This document shows, piece by piece, positions 55,072 to 64,000 of a DNA stretch of 64,000 bases (positions are counted from its first letter, which is position 1; each line of letters begins with the position of its first letter). The notes below the pieces were generated by a model. The model was not told the origin of the DNA. It saw only the letters and a list, made by a program, of their open reading frames with translations, and did not search any database. This stretch comes from Candidatus Binatia bacterium. Its GTDB lineage: Bacteria > Desulfobacterota > Binatia > Bin18. Location: contig OY761159.2 in the NCBI GenBank assembly GCA_963664395.2, positions 2,880,001 to 2,944,000 of the forward strand, in the 5' to 3' direction. Made by a program: the position numbers and the translations under genes.

Positions 55072-56817
55072 TTGCAACCCCGTATCCGCTTTGCCGGCTT
55101 TCTTCTCAGTCTTTTGTGTACGCTGGTCTTTGTCTGGGGCCTGGGCGACATCCCTTTTTACACCAAGGGGCAACCGCGTGAGGCGACCGTTATCTGGGAA
55201 ATCTATCACCATGGCGACTGGATTCTGCCCTTGCGCAATGGCCATATCATTCCGTCCAAACCGCCGCTCTTTCATTGGCTTGGAACGCTGGTTGCGCTCG
55301 CCTTGGGTCAGGTGAGCGAATTCTCGATTCGCTTTCCTTCTGCTCTGTTAGCCCTCTTCGGTGTCCTCCTGACCTATCGGGTCGGCGCCGTCCTGTGGGG
55401 TGTTGAGGCTGGGCTGATTGCCGGTCTGACCCTGGCCACAAGCTTTGAGTGGGTCCGGGCCGCGACAACGGCCCGGGTGGATATGACGCTGACCTTTTTT
55501 ATGGTCGCGGCCTTTTTCTCCTTTTGGTCCATGTACCGAAAGCAACGGGTAGATTGGACCGAAGCGCTCGGCTTCTTCTGCCTACTCGGGCTTGCGACCT
55601 TAGCCAAAGGACCCATAGGAGCCTTGCTGCCGGGCCTGGTAATCGGAGTATTCCTGGTCAGCAGACGCGACATTCTCTTTGTCCGCAACTTGCATCTCAT
55701 CACTGGCGGACTCCTGTTCCTCATCGTCGCCGGATCATGGTACGCCCTGGCGCTGTGGCAGGGTGGCGAGGAGTTTTTTGAGAAGCAGATTATGAAAGAA
55801 AATGTGTTCCGGTTTGTTTCCAGCGGGTCGGCTGGGGCCGGACATGTGCATCCTTTCTATTATTTTATTCCGAACCTTTTTCTGGGTATGGCTCCGTGGA
55901 GCTTTTTCTTTCCGCCGTTGCTCTATTTTTTATACCAATGTCGCCAGCGCTGGGCAGAGAAGAACTTGACCTACCTGGTTGTCTGGATTGTCACGATTTT
56001 TCTGTTCTACTCGGCTTCGAGTAGTAAGCGTACTGTGTACATCCTGCCAATCTATCCGGCTATTGCTTTGCTGCTGGGTGCCTGGTGGCAAGAGCTCCGT
56101 CGAGGAGAGATCGACCTGCCGCAGGGCTTTCTTACTCTGATAAAGGCCGCCAGCTATGGATGCTGTGGTGCTGTCAGTCTGGCTGGTCTTGGAGTGATCG
56201 CTCACGCAAGCGGGCTTGATCCGCTCGGGCTGATTCGGCCATTTCTGCACCCGAAAGATCAGAGCAATCTACCCTTGTTCACGGGCATCGTTACTGACCA
56301 CCCTGTGGCGTTTGCTCTGTGGTTTTTAGGCGTTGGTGGTGCAATGGTCTTGTTAGTCCGGGGTCTGCGTCGCCAGTCATGGGAGCGCGTATTCGGAGGG
56401 CTGGTGGTATTCGCTACGAGTATCTTTCTGCTCATCAACCACGTTATTCAGCCGACCATTGCCGCAGCTCGGACCTTTCGGCCATTTATGGGTCGCGTTG
56501 TTGAGCGGGTGAGGGAACAGCCCCTCTTCTTTTTTCGGAGCTTTGATAGCGGAGCCCTGTATTATGCGGACCGGCGCATCCCTTTCTATTTCCCGCCCAC
56601 AACCCCGAAGCGCGGCTATTTCATCCTGCTCTGGGAAGAAGAGTGGGAACGCCTTCAGAATGGCGGTTTTGCGGACCGACTGCGCATCGTTGATACCAGC
56701 GAAGGCAGCGGACCCAAGGGCAATCACCGGCTCCATCTGGTTGAAATCCCGGCCCGCCTCGAACTCCCGTCCTGGGAAGACGACCTGAAGGGACTGATTC
56801 ACAAGGACACGATGTGA
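55072..56817 (+). CDS. ArnT/GT83-like membrane glycosyltransferase (tandem paralog)
   Basis: Same motifs as the upstream gene: KPPLFHW, LAKGP, YILPIYPA, PFLHPKD. Confidence 0.9.
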   Translation: MQPRIRFAGFLLSLLCTLVFVWGLGDIPFYTKGQPREATVIWEIYHHGDWILPLRNGHIIPSKPPLFHWLGTLVALALGQVSEFSIRFPSALLALFGVLLTYRVGAVLWGVEAGLIAGLTLATSFEWVRAATTARVDMTLTFFMVAAFFSFWSMYRKQRVDWTEALGFFCLLGLATLAKGPIGALLPGLVIGVFLVSRRDILFVRNLHLITGGLLFLIVAGSWYALALWQGGEEFFEKQIMKENVFRFVSSGSAGAGHVHPFYYFIPNLFLGMAPWSFFFPPLLYFLYQCRQRWAEKNLTYLVVWIVTIFLFYSASSSKRTVYILPIYPAIALLLGAWWQELRRGEIDLPQGFLTLIKAASYGCCGAVSLAGLGVIAHASGLDPLGLIRPFLHPKDQSNLPLFTGIVTDHPVAFALWFLGVGGAMVLLVRGLRRQSWERVFGGLVVFATSIFLLINHVIQPTIAAARTFRPFMGRVVERVREQPLFFFRSFDSGALYYADRRIPFYFPPTTPKRGYFILLWEEEWERLQNGGFADRLRIVDTSEGSGPKGNHRLHLVEIPARLELPSWEDDLKGLIHKDTM

Positions 56818-56871
56818 CCAGTGTCAGAAGCGGAGAATCTGACGCCGGTAGACGTTGGACCCTGAATCCGT

Positions 56872-57969
56872 TCAGGCTCCGTCCGTGGCCGTGAACAGAG
56901 CCAGCTGTCGCGCCTGGCCGGGCCGCCGAAAGGCTGCGGTTGACAGCTGGGGGAAGGGTCTATCCAGCCCAGCTTTGCGGCTCATCGCGGCAAACAGGTC
57001 ATGAATCGACTCGGCCAACACCCCCTCCCCCCGCATCCGTGTCTTCCAGCGTGCGTCGTTCAGCTTTCCCTGCCGCATTGAGCGAATCCGGTTCAAGACC
57101 TTGTTTTTTCGTTCGGGATAGTAATCTTCCAGCCACTGGCTGAAGAGTTCGGCCACGCCATACGGCAGTCGCACAATGGTATGCCCGGCAAATCGGGCGC
57201 CCGCCTGGGCGGCAGCCTTGAGCAGAGCCGGGATCTCGTGGTCGGTCAGGCCGGGGATGATGGGGGCGATCATCACGCCGACCGGAATGCCCGCCTCGGC
57301 CAGAGCGGCAATAGCGGCCAAGCGACGCGCTGGAGTTGAGGCGCGTGGTTCGAGATGGCGGGCCAGCTCGGCGTTAAGCGTGGTCAGCGACACAGCTACC
57401 CAGGCGGCCCGATCTTCGGCCAGTTGAGCCAGGAGGTCACAGTCGCGGGTCACCAGGGCACTCTTGGTCACAATGCAGACCGGGTTGTGATAGGCGGCCA
57501 GCACCCTGAGACAGCCCCGGGTCAGCTCAAGCTGGCGCTCAACCGGCTGGTAGGCGTCGGTGATGCCGCTGAAAAAGATCGGCTGGGGCTGCCAGGCAGG
57601 CGCGGCCAGGGCTTTGTCCAGCAGGTGGGGCGCGTCCTGTTTGACCATCAGCTTCGTTTCAAAGTCCAGGCCGGCAGAGAATCCGAGCCACTCGTGGGTC
57701 GGACGGGCGTAACAATAGACGCAGCCGTGCTCACAGCCGCGGTAGGGGTTGAGGCTGACCCGAAAGCCGACATCGGGGCTGGTGTTGTAGCTGAGGATGG
57801 TCCGCGAGGGGTCGCGTAGGAGACGGGTTTTCGGGCCGGGCTGGTCTGGGTCGGCATCCGGCATATCAGGGTCGGGTTGATAGGCGATGGTCTCGAAGCG
57901 ATTTGTCGGATTGTGGGGCGTGCCCCGCCCCTTGAGTCGGGTGGTAGGCTGTTGCATAGGACCGTCCAT
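56872..57969 (-). CDS. PA0069/Rv2578c-family radical SAM protein (DNA-repair associated)
   Basis: NPYRGCEHGCVYCYARPTH, TDAYQPVER, LEPRA, IPGLTDHE. Confidence 0.92.
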   Translation of the reverse strand: MDGPMQQPTTRLKGRGTPHNPTNRFETIAYQPDPDMPDADPDQPGPKTRLLRDPSRTILSYNTSPDVGFRVSLNPYRGCEHGCVYCYARPTHEWLGFSAGLDFETKLMVKQDAPHLLDKALAAPAWQPQPIFFSGITDAYQPVERQLELTRGCLRVLAAYHNPVCIVTKSALVTRDCDLLAQLAEDRAAWVAVSLTTLNAELARHLEPRASTPARRLAAIAALAEAGIPVGVMIAPIIPGLTDHEIPALLKAAAQAGARFAGHTIVRLPYGVAELFSQWLEDYYPERKNKVLNRIRSMRQGKLNDARWKTRMRGEGVLAESIHDLFAAMSRKAGLDRPFPQLSTAAFRRPGQARQLALFTATDGA

Positions 57970-57988
57970 TCGACGAGAAGCTTAGCAC

Positions 57989-58006
57989 TTTCGCTTTATT
58001 TTCGCT
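57989..58006 (-). promoter_or_regulatory. Direct repeat TTTCGCT-N4-TTTCGCT, candidate operator
   Basis: 11-bp periodicity, about 20 bp upstream of the radical SAM gene start. Confidence 0.4.
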
Positions 58007-58049
58007 ACCGAGGTGCTCGTATTCAGCATACGGTCAGATTAAGCAGAAG

Positions 58050-58134
58050 CCGCAGGCTGAGCCTAACACGCCGCCCCCTGTAACGGGCTTGGCCTGGTCC
58101 CGGAAGGCCAAAACTTGCGGAATAGATCGGCGTG
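58050..58134. other. Structured intergenic element (miniature IS remnant or ncRNA)
   Basis: CACGCCG/CGGCGTG inverted ends, internal TTGGCCT/AGGCCAA and GCCC/GGGC hairpins, crossing CCGCA/TGCGG pair. Confidence 0.4.
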
Positions 58135-58171
58135 ATTTGGACTTGGTTCGTGTTGCTGAATCGAAGTTGTT

Positions 58172-58432
58172 TTATTCGTAGAACTCCTCGTGTTCCTCTT
58201 CAAGAATTTTATTTCCTTCCACAACGTTGGGATCGACCCCGTAGGTCCTGTAGCCTAACCGTTTGGCCTTCATCTTCACGGCGGCATAGCTCCGGCCCAC
58301 CAGGTATTCAGTCAACAAAATCAAGTTGCCGAAGGGTTTTCCGACCTCGCGTTCCGCGCCTCTCTCCTGGTTTTCTCTTACGGATTCTCGTAGTAGTTTT
58401 ATTTCTTTTTCCGTCCATCTTCTTCCGCCCAT
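58172..58432 (-). CDS. Small protein with a Myb/SANT-like motif
   Basis: RRWTEKEIKLLRE..LVGRSYAAVKMKAKRLG; TAATG coupling to the upstream gene. Confidence 0.6.
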   Translation of the reverse strand: MGGRRWTEKEIKLLRESVRENQERGAEREVGKPFGNLILLTEYLVGRSYAAVKMKAKRLGYRTYGVDPNVVEGNKILEEEHEEFYE

Positions 58433-58809
58433 TAACACTCCACCGAGGAGAGATTAGCAAGAGAGAAACCACAGGAAGATCGTTTTTGATAATTGCCGCG
58501 TTCGTCAAAAGCCTTGCAGTTCAGGTCTCCCGCCTTCTCCAAGAAATCAAGACGCGCTTCGTGGCACCAATCATACCGATACTTCGTGGAGTACCAATCC
58601 CGTTCAAAAATATCCAACACATTTCTCTGCACCATCTGGCAAACTGGACTCTCACTGAGATACACCCCACGGCCAGAGGTTGCTTCACAACTGATGTCAT
58701 TTCCACAACACCAATCTGCAGGGACATCACGCTTCCAGTCTGCCTGGAGATCGAGTGCAAGAGCCAATGAAGGACAGAGCAAAAATACACCAATGATGAA
58801 AGAAAACAT
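58432..58809 (-). CDS. Small secreted cysteine-rich protein
   Basis: AAGGAG RBS, signal peptide ending ALA, eight Cys in the mature part. Confidence 0.6.
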   Translation of the reverse strand: MFSFIIGVFLLCPSLALALDLQADWKRDVPADWCCGNDISCEATSGRGVYLSESPVCQMVQRNVLDIFERDWYSTKYRYDWCHEARLDFLEKAGDLNCKAFDERGNYQKRSSCGFSLANLSSVEC

Positions 58810-58944
58810 TTCCGAGACTCCTTTCGGTTAGGGTTAAAACAACTTCGATGATGCTCATAGATGCTCATAGAAGCAGAAATTAAGCCGTGGATGGAAGAAA
58901 GTAACTTTCCAATATAAGCCAAGAGGCCAGCCGCTACTAAGCGC

Positions 58945-58982
58945 AGAGCCCGTAAGGAATGTCCTCTTTACGGGCTTTTTTT
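58945..58982 (+). terminator. Intrinsic terminator or attenuator upstream of the PepSY gene
   Basis: AGCCCGTAA..TTACGGGCT stem followed by a T run. Confidence 0.75.
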
Positions 58983-59004
58983 GTTTTTGGGGTCTGTTGT
59001 CATC

Positions 59005-59544
59005 ATGCGAAACCTTTGGATCAGCCTGCATCTGTACGCGGCGGCGTTTTTTGCGCCGGCCCTGTTATTCGTCGCCGTTTCCGGGGGGCTCTATCTCGTT
59101 GGCATCAAGGGTACCGTGACCAGCACCCCGGTGGCCGTGCCCTCCGGTTTTGTCATTAATCCGGCTTCCGCTTCCCTTGAGGCCGACGTGCGAGCCCTGC
59201 TGCGCGATATCGGTATCACGCATGATTTTGAATACGTGAAGAAGAGCGGGAATACGCTGTACACCCGTCCGACCTCGCGTAATCACTATGAGATTTCGGT
59301 CACCGATGACTCTGTAACCGTGAAGCACAATGTCCCAGACCTGCAAAAACGTCTGATCGAACTCCACAAGGGGCACGGTCCGCTGTGGTTCAAGGATTTC
59401 CAGAAGATTCTGGCGGTTGGCGTATTGTTTATTGTCTTCAGCGGGTTATGGCTGGGGCTGTCTAGCGCGGGGCTGCGGGCCAGAACCATCGCCACCAGTG
59501 TCGTCGGTCTGGCCGTTTGTCTGATTCTGGCCTTTGTCGTGTAG
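59005..59544 (+). CDS. PepSY-associated TM helix protein
   Basis: LHLYAAAFFAP..AVSG, LIELHKGHG, SGLWLG. Confidence 0.85.
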   Translation: MRNLWISLHLYAAAFFAPALLFVAVSGGLYLVGIKGTVTSTPVAVPSGFVINPASASLEADVRALLRDIGITHDFEYVKKSGNTLYTRPTSRNHYEISVTDDSVTVKHNVPDLQKRLIELHKGHGPLWFKDFQKILAVGVLFIVFSGLWLGLSSAGLRARTIATSVVGLAVCLILAFVV

Positions 59545-59624
59545 GTGAGTCGGGCTAGATTGGTTCGTGACGGACTGAGAAGGGTCGCCTATTTGAGGTG
59601 CGAAACCGGGTAAGGAGATGATAC

Positions 59625-59993
59625 GTGGCAGTTCAATGCCCAAGACTGATTGCCAAGGAAGCGGTAGCGCTCGTCGCCGGCTGCCTTCTATGGACAAGCG
59701 CTGGCCCTGTGGTGCATGCACAAGACGAGGAACCACCTACATTGCTGGATAAGATCACGATATCCTCTTACGCCACCCGCAGCCCGCAACCGACGTTTGA
59801 TGTCCCGGCGCTTATCTCTCAGGTAGAGACGGATGCTCCAGGCAACGCCCTGGCCGGTGATGTGGCGGATCTGCTGGAATTCACACCGGGCGTAGAAGTG
59901 GATAACGGCCCGCGGCGGAACGGACAGACGATCTCCATCCGTGGTTTTGACGATGAGGCGATCATTACGCTCATTGATGGTCGCCGCCAGAAC
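59625..59993 (+). pseudogene. Truncated TonB-dependent receptor (signal peptide, TonB box and part of the plug only)
   Basis: LDKITISSYATR, PGVEVDNGPRRNGQTISIRG..IDGRRQN; homology then stops and no beta-barrel follows. Confidence 0.8.
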
Positions 59994-60190
59994 TGCGAGA
60001 GGATGATGCATGGGATGCACCCTACGGTTCTGGAGCGCCGCTCACCACATGAGCGCCGTGTGCAGATTGTAGCGGGCGGGGCGCCCAAGGACCGGAGCCC
60101 AGGGGCGCACGCCGCAGGCGGAAGTCCAGGAGGGCTGAGCGCCGGCCCTCCTCGGACGCTACACTACGGTGTAATTTGTTCTAGCCGCAG

Positions 60191-60243
60191 GCGTAACCCG
60201 ACAGCTCGTCCTTGTCGGATTACGCTCCGCTAATCCGACCTAC
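60191..60243. repeat. Inverted REP doublet (one full copy and one 5'-truncated copy)
   Basis: GCGTAACCCGACAGC is identical to 31621-31635; it is followed by the reverse complement of the 31603 REP. Confidence 0.85.
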
Positions 60244-60301
60244 TTACGCAATTGCTTTTCGAGCTTCGAGCGAGATGTTTCCGGTCCGTGTCGCCGGGCG
60301 A

Positions 60302-60628
60302 TTACGCGTCGAGTAAGCGCCGGCTCAAAAGGGTGCGCATATCCCTGCGGCCATCCACAATCAGATAGACATAGACCCTTTTGGCCTGAATGCGGTAAAT
60401 GATGCGGTAGGGTTTGAAGAATATCTCTCTATACTCCCGCATGCCGAGCTTGAGCAGCTCGCTTGGATACGAGCCGCGCTGCGGCATGGCGCACAGGCTG
60501 AGAAACGTCTCTTCTATCTTGCGCAGAACGTCCTCAGCCACCTGCGGTGAGTTGGCAGCCGTCAGGTAATCGTCGATTTTCTCAAGGTCGCGCAAGGCGT
60601 CATCGGTCAGAAAAACCGTGTATTTCAT
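60302..60628 (-). CDS. RelE/ParE-family toxin
   Basis: ALRDLEKIDDY..PQRG..YRE..PYRIIYRI..DGRRD. Confidence 0.92.
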   Translation of the reverse strand: MKYTVFLTDDALRDLEKIDDYLTAANSPQVAEDVLRKIEETFLSLCAMPQRGSYPSELLKLGMREYREIFFKPYRIIYRIQAKRVYVYLIVDGRRDMRTLLSRRLLDA

Positions 60629-60903
60629 ACACGCTGTTTCCGTCGCCGACGAATATGACGGATGGACGATTCCAGGGAGGTCACCTTTTTCTGTTCGATC
60701 TGACTATTGCCGAGCGCCAGGATTTTGAGCAGAGCGAGCGTTTCCTCGGTCAGTTCGTAGCTTTCAATGTCCTGCACCACGAGCTTGGCTTCGCCATTCT
60801 GCGTGATGATCATGGGTTGCTTGTGCTCGTTCAGTTGGCGAACGATGTCGGCGGTATGAGCCTTGAGGTAGCTGATGGGCTTTATCTGCGAAGACAGATT
60901 CAT
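60625..60903 (-). CDS. Phd/YefM-family antitoxin
   Basis: IKPISYLKAH..PMIITQNGEAKLVVQD; ATGA overlap with the toxin. Confidence 0.92.
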   Translation of the reverse strand: MNLSSQIKPISYLKAHTADIVRQLNEHKQPMIITQNGEAKLVVQDIESYELTEETLALLKILALGNSQIEQKKVTSLESSIRHIRRRRKQRV

Positions 60904-61001
60904 GGTAGAGTCCTTGGCGGCCGGCGTTAGGAACGTCCGAATATGGTCTGAATTCAGTCTTTTTGTCAAGACTTGTCCGCCACCCGCACGCTGTGAGCAA
61001 C

Positions 61002-61032
61002 AAAAAGGGCGGGTACTTGGTACCCGCCCTTA
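61002..61032 (-). terminator. Intrinsic terminator of hppA
   Basis: AAGGGCGGGTAC-TTG-GTACCCGCCCTT stem with a T run on the minus strand. Confidence 0.85.
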
Positions 61033-61056
61033 AATGCGTACCAGTACAAACGCCGG

Positions 61057-63111
61057 CTAGACCAGCAGCGGGGCGATCACCAGCGCCACGACCGACATCA
61101 GCTTGATCAGAATGTTCAGCGACGGGCCGGAGGTGTCTTTGAGCGGGTCGCCGACCGTGTCGCCGACCACCGCGGCTTTGTGGGCTTCCGAGCCTTTGCC
61201 CTCACCCTCGATACCGCCCTGTTCAATCGCTTTCTTCGCATTGTCCCAGACGCCGCCGGCATTGGCCATGAAAAGAGCAAGCAGAACGCCTGTTACCGTT
61301 GCGCCGGCCAGCATGCCGCCCAGGGTCGCCGCGCCGAGAGCCAGACCCACCACGACCGGAGCGATAACCGCGGTCAGACCGGGGAGAATCATTTCCTTGA
61401 GCGCCGCCGCGGTTGAAATGTCCACACAGCGGGCCGCGTCCGGTCTGACGCCTTCCTTGCCTTCAAGCAGGCCGGGGATTTCGCGGAACTGGCGCCGGAT
61501 TTCATCCACCATCCGTCCGGCTGCACGTCCGACAGCCGTCATGGTCAGGGCGCCAATGAGGAACGGCAGAATGCCGCCAAGGAGGAGGCCAATCATCACC
61601 AGGGGATCAGTCACAAGGATTTGCAGAGGTTCCAGATTGGCCGCCAGTCGGCTTTGGTCAACGGTTTGGGTAAATGCTGCGAACAGGGCGAGTGCGGTGA
61701 GCGCAGCAGAACCAATGGCAAAACCCTTGCCGATAGCGGCAGTTGTATTGCCCAACGCATCTAATCCATCAGTGATCTTGCGGACTTCGGGACCGAGTTG
61801 GGCCATTTCGGAAATACCGCCGGCATTGTCTGCAATCGGGCCGTAGGCGTCCACAGTCATCGTCACGCCGACGGTGGCCAACATGCCGACTCCGGCAATC
61901 CCAATGCCATACAGGCCGGCAAAGTGGTTGGCAATAAAGATGGCGAGGCATATCGCCAGGACGGGCAGGGCACAGCTTTCCAAGCCGACTGCCAGACCAT
62001 GGATGATATTTGTGGCGGAGCCGGTCTTGCTGGCCTCAGCAACCCGGGTCACTGGTGCAGCCGAGGTATAATATTCCGTGATCAGACCAATCCCGATTCC
62101 TACGATGCAGCCAGCCGTAACGGCCCAGAAAATTCCAGTCGCGACAGGGAAGACGAGAACAAGAATGAGTGCTGCCACAATGAACACTCCGGCCGCAATA
62201 AAGGTTGAATACCGAAGCGCATTCTGTGGCCCTGAGTTTTTCAGGGCCTTCATTGAGAAGATGCCGAGAAAGGAGGCCAGGAGGCCAACGGCTGCCATAC
62301 TCAGGGGCAGGGCCATTAAAGCGCTCCGTAACGTGTCTTCTGCAACGCCTTCATTCCCCAGCGCTGTTAATGACATTCCGTGGGCTGTGGCGCCAATCGC
62401 GATGGTCGCGATAATCGACCCGACATAGGATTCGAAAATATCCGCACCCATGCCGGCCACGTCACCAACGTTGTCGCCCACGTTGTCAGCAATGACACCA
62501 GGGTTGCGCGGGTCGTCCTCGGGAATACCGGCCTCAATTTTTCCGACCAGGTCACTGCCGACATCAGCAGCTTTGGTGTAAATGCCACCGCCGACCCGAG
62601 CAAACAGCGCAATGGAGCTGGCACCCATGGCAAAACCACTGATATATCTTGAGGTTCCCGGGTCGGAGTACAAGCCAAGAAAAATACCCACACCAAGCAA
62701 ACCCAGGCTTGCGACTGCGAGGCCCATCACCGCGCCACCATTGAAAGCGACCAGCAGAGCGGCCCCTTCGCCTTCTGCCATGGCCGCCTGTGAAGTACGG
62801 ACATTCGCCTTTGTGGCCGACTGCATACCCAGATAGCCGGCCAGCACGGAACAACTCGCACCAGCAAGAAAGGCAACGCCTGTTTCAACAGCGACTTTCC
62901 AAACCAGCAGGCCAAAGACAACTAAGACAAAGATGCTCAAAATCTGGTATTCACGCTTGAGGAAGGCCATTGCGCCTTCATAGATAGAATCGGCAATCTC
63001 CTGCATGCGTTCATTACCGGCAGGTTGCCTGGAGACCGACCTAAAGATATTGAACGCCACGGCGAGCCCGACAAGGCCGAGAACCACCGCAATCGCGGAA
63101 TTGTATATCAT
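61057..63111 (-). CDS. hppA: Membrane-bound pyrophosphatase, probably K+-dependent and Na+-translocating
   Basis: [47 protein letters not shown]; GAGGAGG RBS before ATG 63111. Confidence 0.95.
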   Translation of the reverse strand: MIYNSAIAVVLGLVGLAVAFNIFRSVSRQPAGNERMQEIADSIYEGAMAFLKREYQILSIFVLVVFGLLVWKVAVETGVAFLAGASCSVLAGYLGMQSATKANVRTSQAAMAEGEGAALLVAFNGGAVMGLAVASLGLLGVGIFLGLYSDPGTSRYISGFAMGASSIALFARVGGGIYTKAADVGSDLVGKIEAGIPEDDPRNPGVIADNVGDNVGDVAGMGADIFESYVGSIIATIAIGATAHGMSLTALGNEGVAEDTLRSALMALPLSMAAVGLLASFLGIFSMKALKNSGPQNALRYSTFIAAGVFIVAALILVLVFPVATGIFWAVTAGCIVGIGIGLITEYYTSAAPVTRVAEASKTGSATNIIHGLAVGLESCALPVLAICLAIFIANHFAGLYGIGIAGVGMLATVGVTMTVDAYGPIADNAGGISEMAQLGPEVRKITDGLDALGNTTAAIGKGFAIGSAALTALALFAAFTQTVDQSRLAANLEPLQILVTDPLVMIGLLLGGILPFLIGALTMTAVGRAAGRMVDEIRRQFREIPGLLEGKEGVRPDAARCVDISTAAALKEMILPGLTAVIAPVVVGLALGAATLGGMLAGATVTGVLLALFMANAGGVWDNAKKAIEQGGIEGEGKGSEAHKAAVVGDTVGDPLKDTSGPSLNILIKLMSVVALVIAPLLV

Positions 63112-63494
63112 TTTTCTCTTTTCCTCCTCGCACCTAGGAATACTGGATTGCTGCCCTCCACGGGGCATGGACGCACGAGGGCCACACCCGGAGCGACACG
63201 CGGGGAAGATAAACGCTTCTGCGAAAAGAGTAAAGGGCCGCACGTATGAAAAACGTGTGACAAAGAGATCAGAAATGCTGATGCAAACCAGAAAATATCT
63301 ATCAGGTGGCCTTCTTTACTCTCTCATCCGGCTGCCAGGTCAGGCGCGGTTTGCTCTGTAGATGCCTGCTTTCGAGCCGGATGAAACTCTCCCTTCGGAT
63401 AGCGTGAAGGAGACGGCGATGCGACCGGTGCGGGATGTTTCAAAAGAAGAGAATTACCGCGTCCAGGTGATTGGGCCGGGGATGACAGATCTGG

Positions 63495-64000
63495 CTACAT
63501 CTTCCGCAAACGTCCCTCGGGATCGACCCGGGTGCGCAGCACGTGCAGCTCTTCCTGGGTTGGCGTTGGGGTGGTTGGGGTCTGGCGTGGCATTTTGAGG
63601 GCAAAGCCGGTTTTGGATCGGACCTCTTCTTCCGTCACACCTGGATGTAATGAGTGCAGCCGCATATGCTTATCTTCTTCGTCAAAATCCATGACGCACA
63701 GCGGGGTGACACAATACTTGGGTCCTCCGCCGGGCAGCCCCAGTTTCTTGCGGGCATCCGCCCCGCCGTCGCCCCAGCCATAGGTGCTCATATAATCGCA
63801 GCGCTCAACCAGAATTCGCGGCGAGTGGGCATTAAGGACGATATAATAGCGGCCCACGTGGGTGCTGAGTGTCGGCGTCCCAACCGAACCTGGGCCACGA
63901 AAGCGGAGTGTGGCATAGTCCGGCCCCACGCCGATCAGGTTGGTATTGCCGTGCGGGTCAACCTGGACCCCGCCAATAAAAAAGACGCGCTTATGCCAGT
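63495..64000 (-). CDS. CoA-transferase beta subunit (glutaconate CoA-transferase-like), 5' end outside the window
   Basis: GGVQVDPHGNTNL..RFRGPGSVG, VTPLCVMDF, LHPGVT..TGF. Confidence 0.85.
   Translation of the reverse strand, partial: WHKRVFFIGGVQVDPHGNTNLIGVGPDYATLRFRGPGSVGTPTLSTHVGRYYIVLNAHSPRILVERCDYMSTYGWGDGGADARKKLGLPGGGPKYCVTPLCVMDFDEEDKHMRLHSLHPGVTEEEVRSKTGFALKMPRQTPTTPTPTQEELHVLRTRVDPEGRLRKM

Noticed and set aside
58050-58134. HDV-like ribozyme
   Set aside because: The helix order does not match the nested double pseudoknot, and I could not place P1.1 or the catalytic C.
58061-58140. Integron attC site (GCCTAAC fits RYYYAAC)
   Set aside because: No matching GTTRRRY at the other end of the palindrome, and no cassette array or IntI.
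63112-63300. Na+ riboswitch upstream of hppA
   Set aside because: No consensus that I could recognise.

Overview
A 64 kb chromosomal window from a GC-rich diderm bacterium. The gene order kdsB-pyrG-kdsA-lptCAB-rpoN-ptsN-HPr-metK-ahcY-amidase-glnD-xerD looks deltaproteobacterial or Binatota-like (inference only). The core content is a MoxR/DUF58/two-vWA cluster, pepP, a double-length UvrA, meaB, mutY, two ArnT-type glycosyltransferases, a DNA-repair radical SAM gene and a membrane pyrophosphatase. Four small accessory islets interrupt the core. (1) 14.1-18.4 kb: a DUF2442/DUF4160 pair and an MmeI-like type IIL R-M gene followed by an AT-rich HEPN-like gene. (2) 22.0-22.7 kb: a TumA/TumE-like pair. 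(3) 30.5-32.3 kb: RusA translationally coupled to a PD-(D/E)xK-HEPN protein, then a REP and BrnT/BrnA. (4) 58-61 kb: a structured element, two AT-rich orphan genes, an attenuator-like leader, a PepSY gene, a truncated TonB receptor, a REP doublet and Phd/RelE. The strongest candidates for an undescribed system are the RusA + nuclease-HEPN pair, the MmeI + HEPN-like pair, and a four-gene operon encoding a lactonase-fold lipoprotein that has lost most metal ligands, a GGCT-like protein, a PTPS-III and a cytochrome c lipoprotein. Two toxin genes and panE carry clean in-frame nonsense codons; the ORF track misses one of these genes (BrnT) and splits the other two. I saw no rRNA, tRNA, CRISPR array or intact transposase. 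All family calls come from motif recognition by eye, not from database searches.
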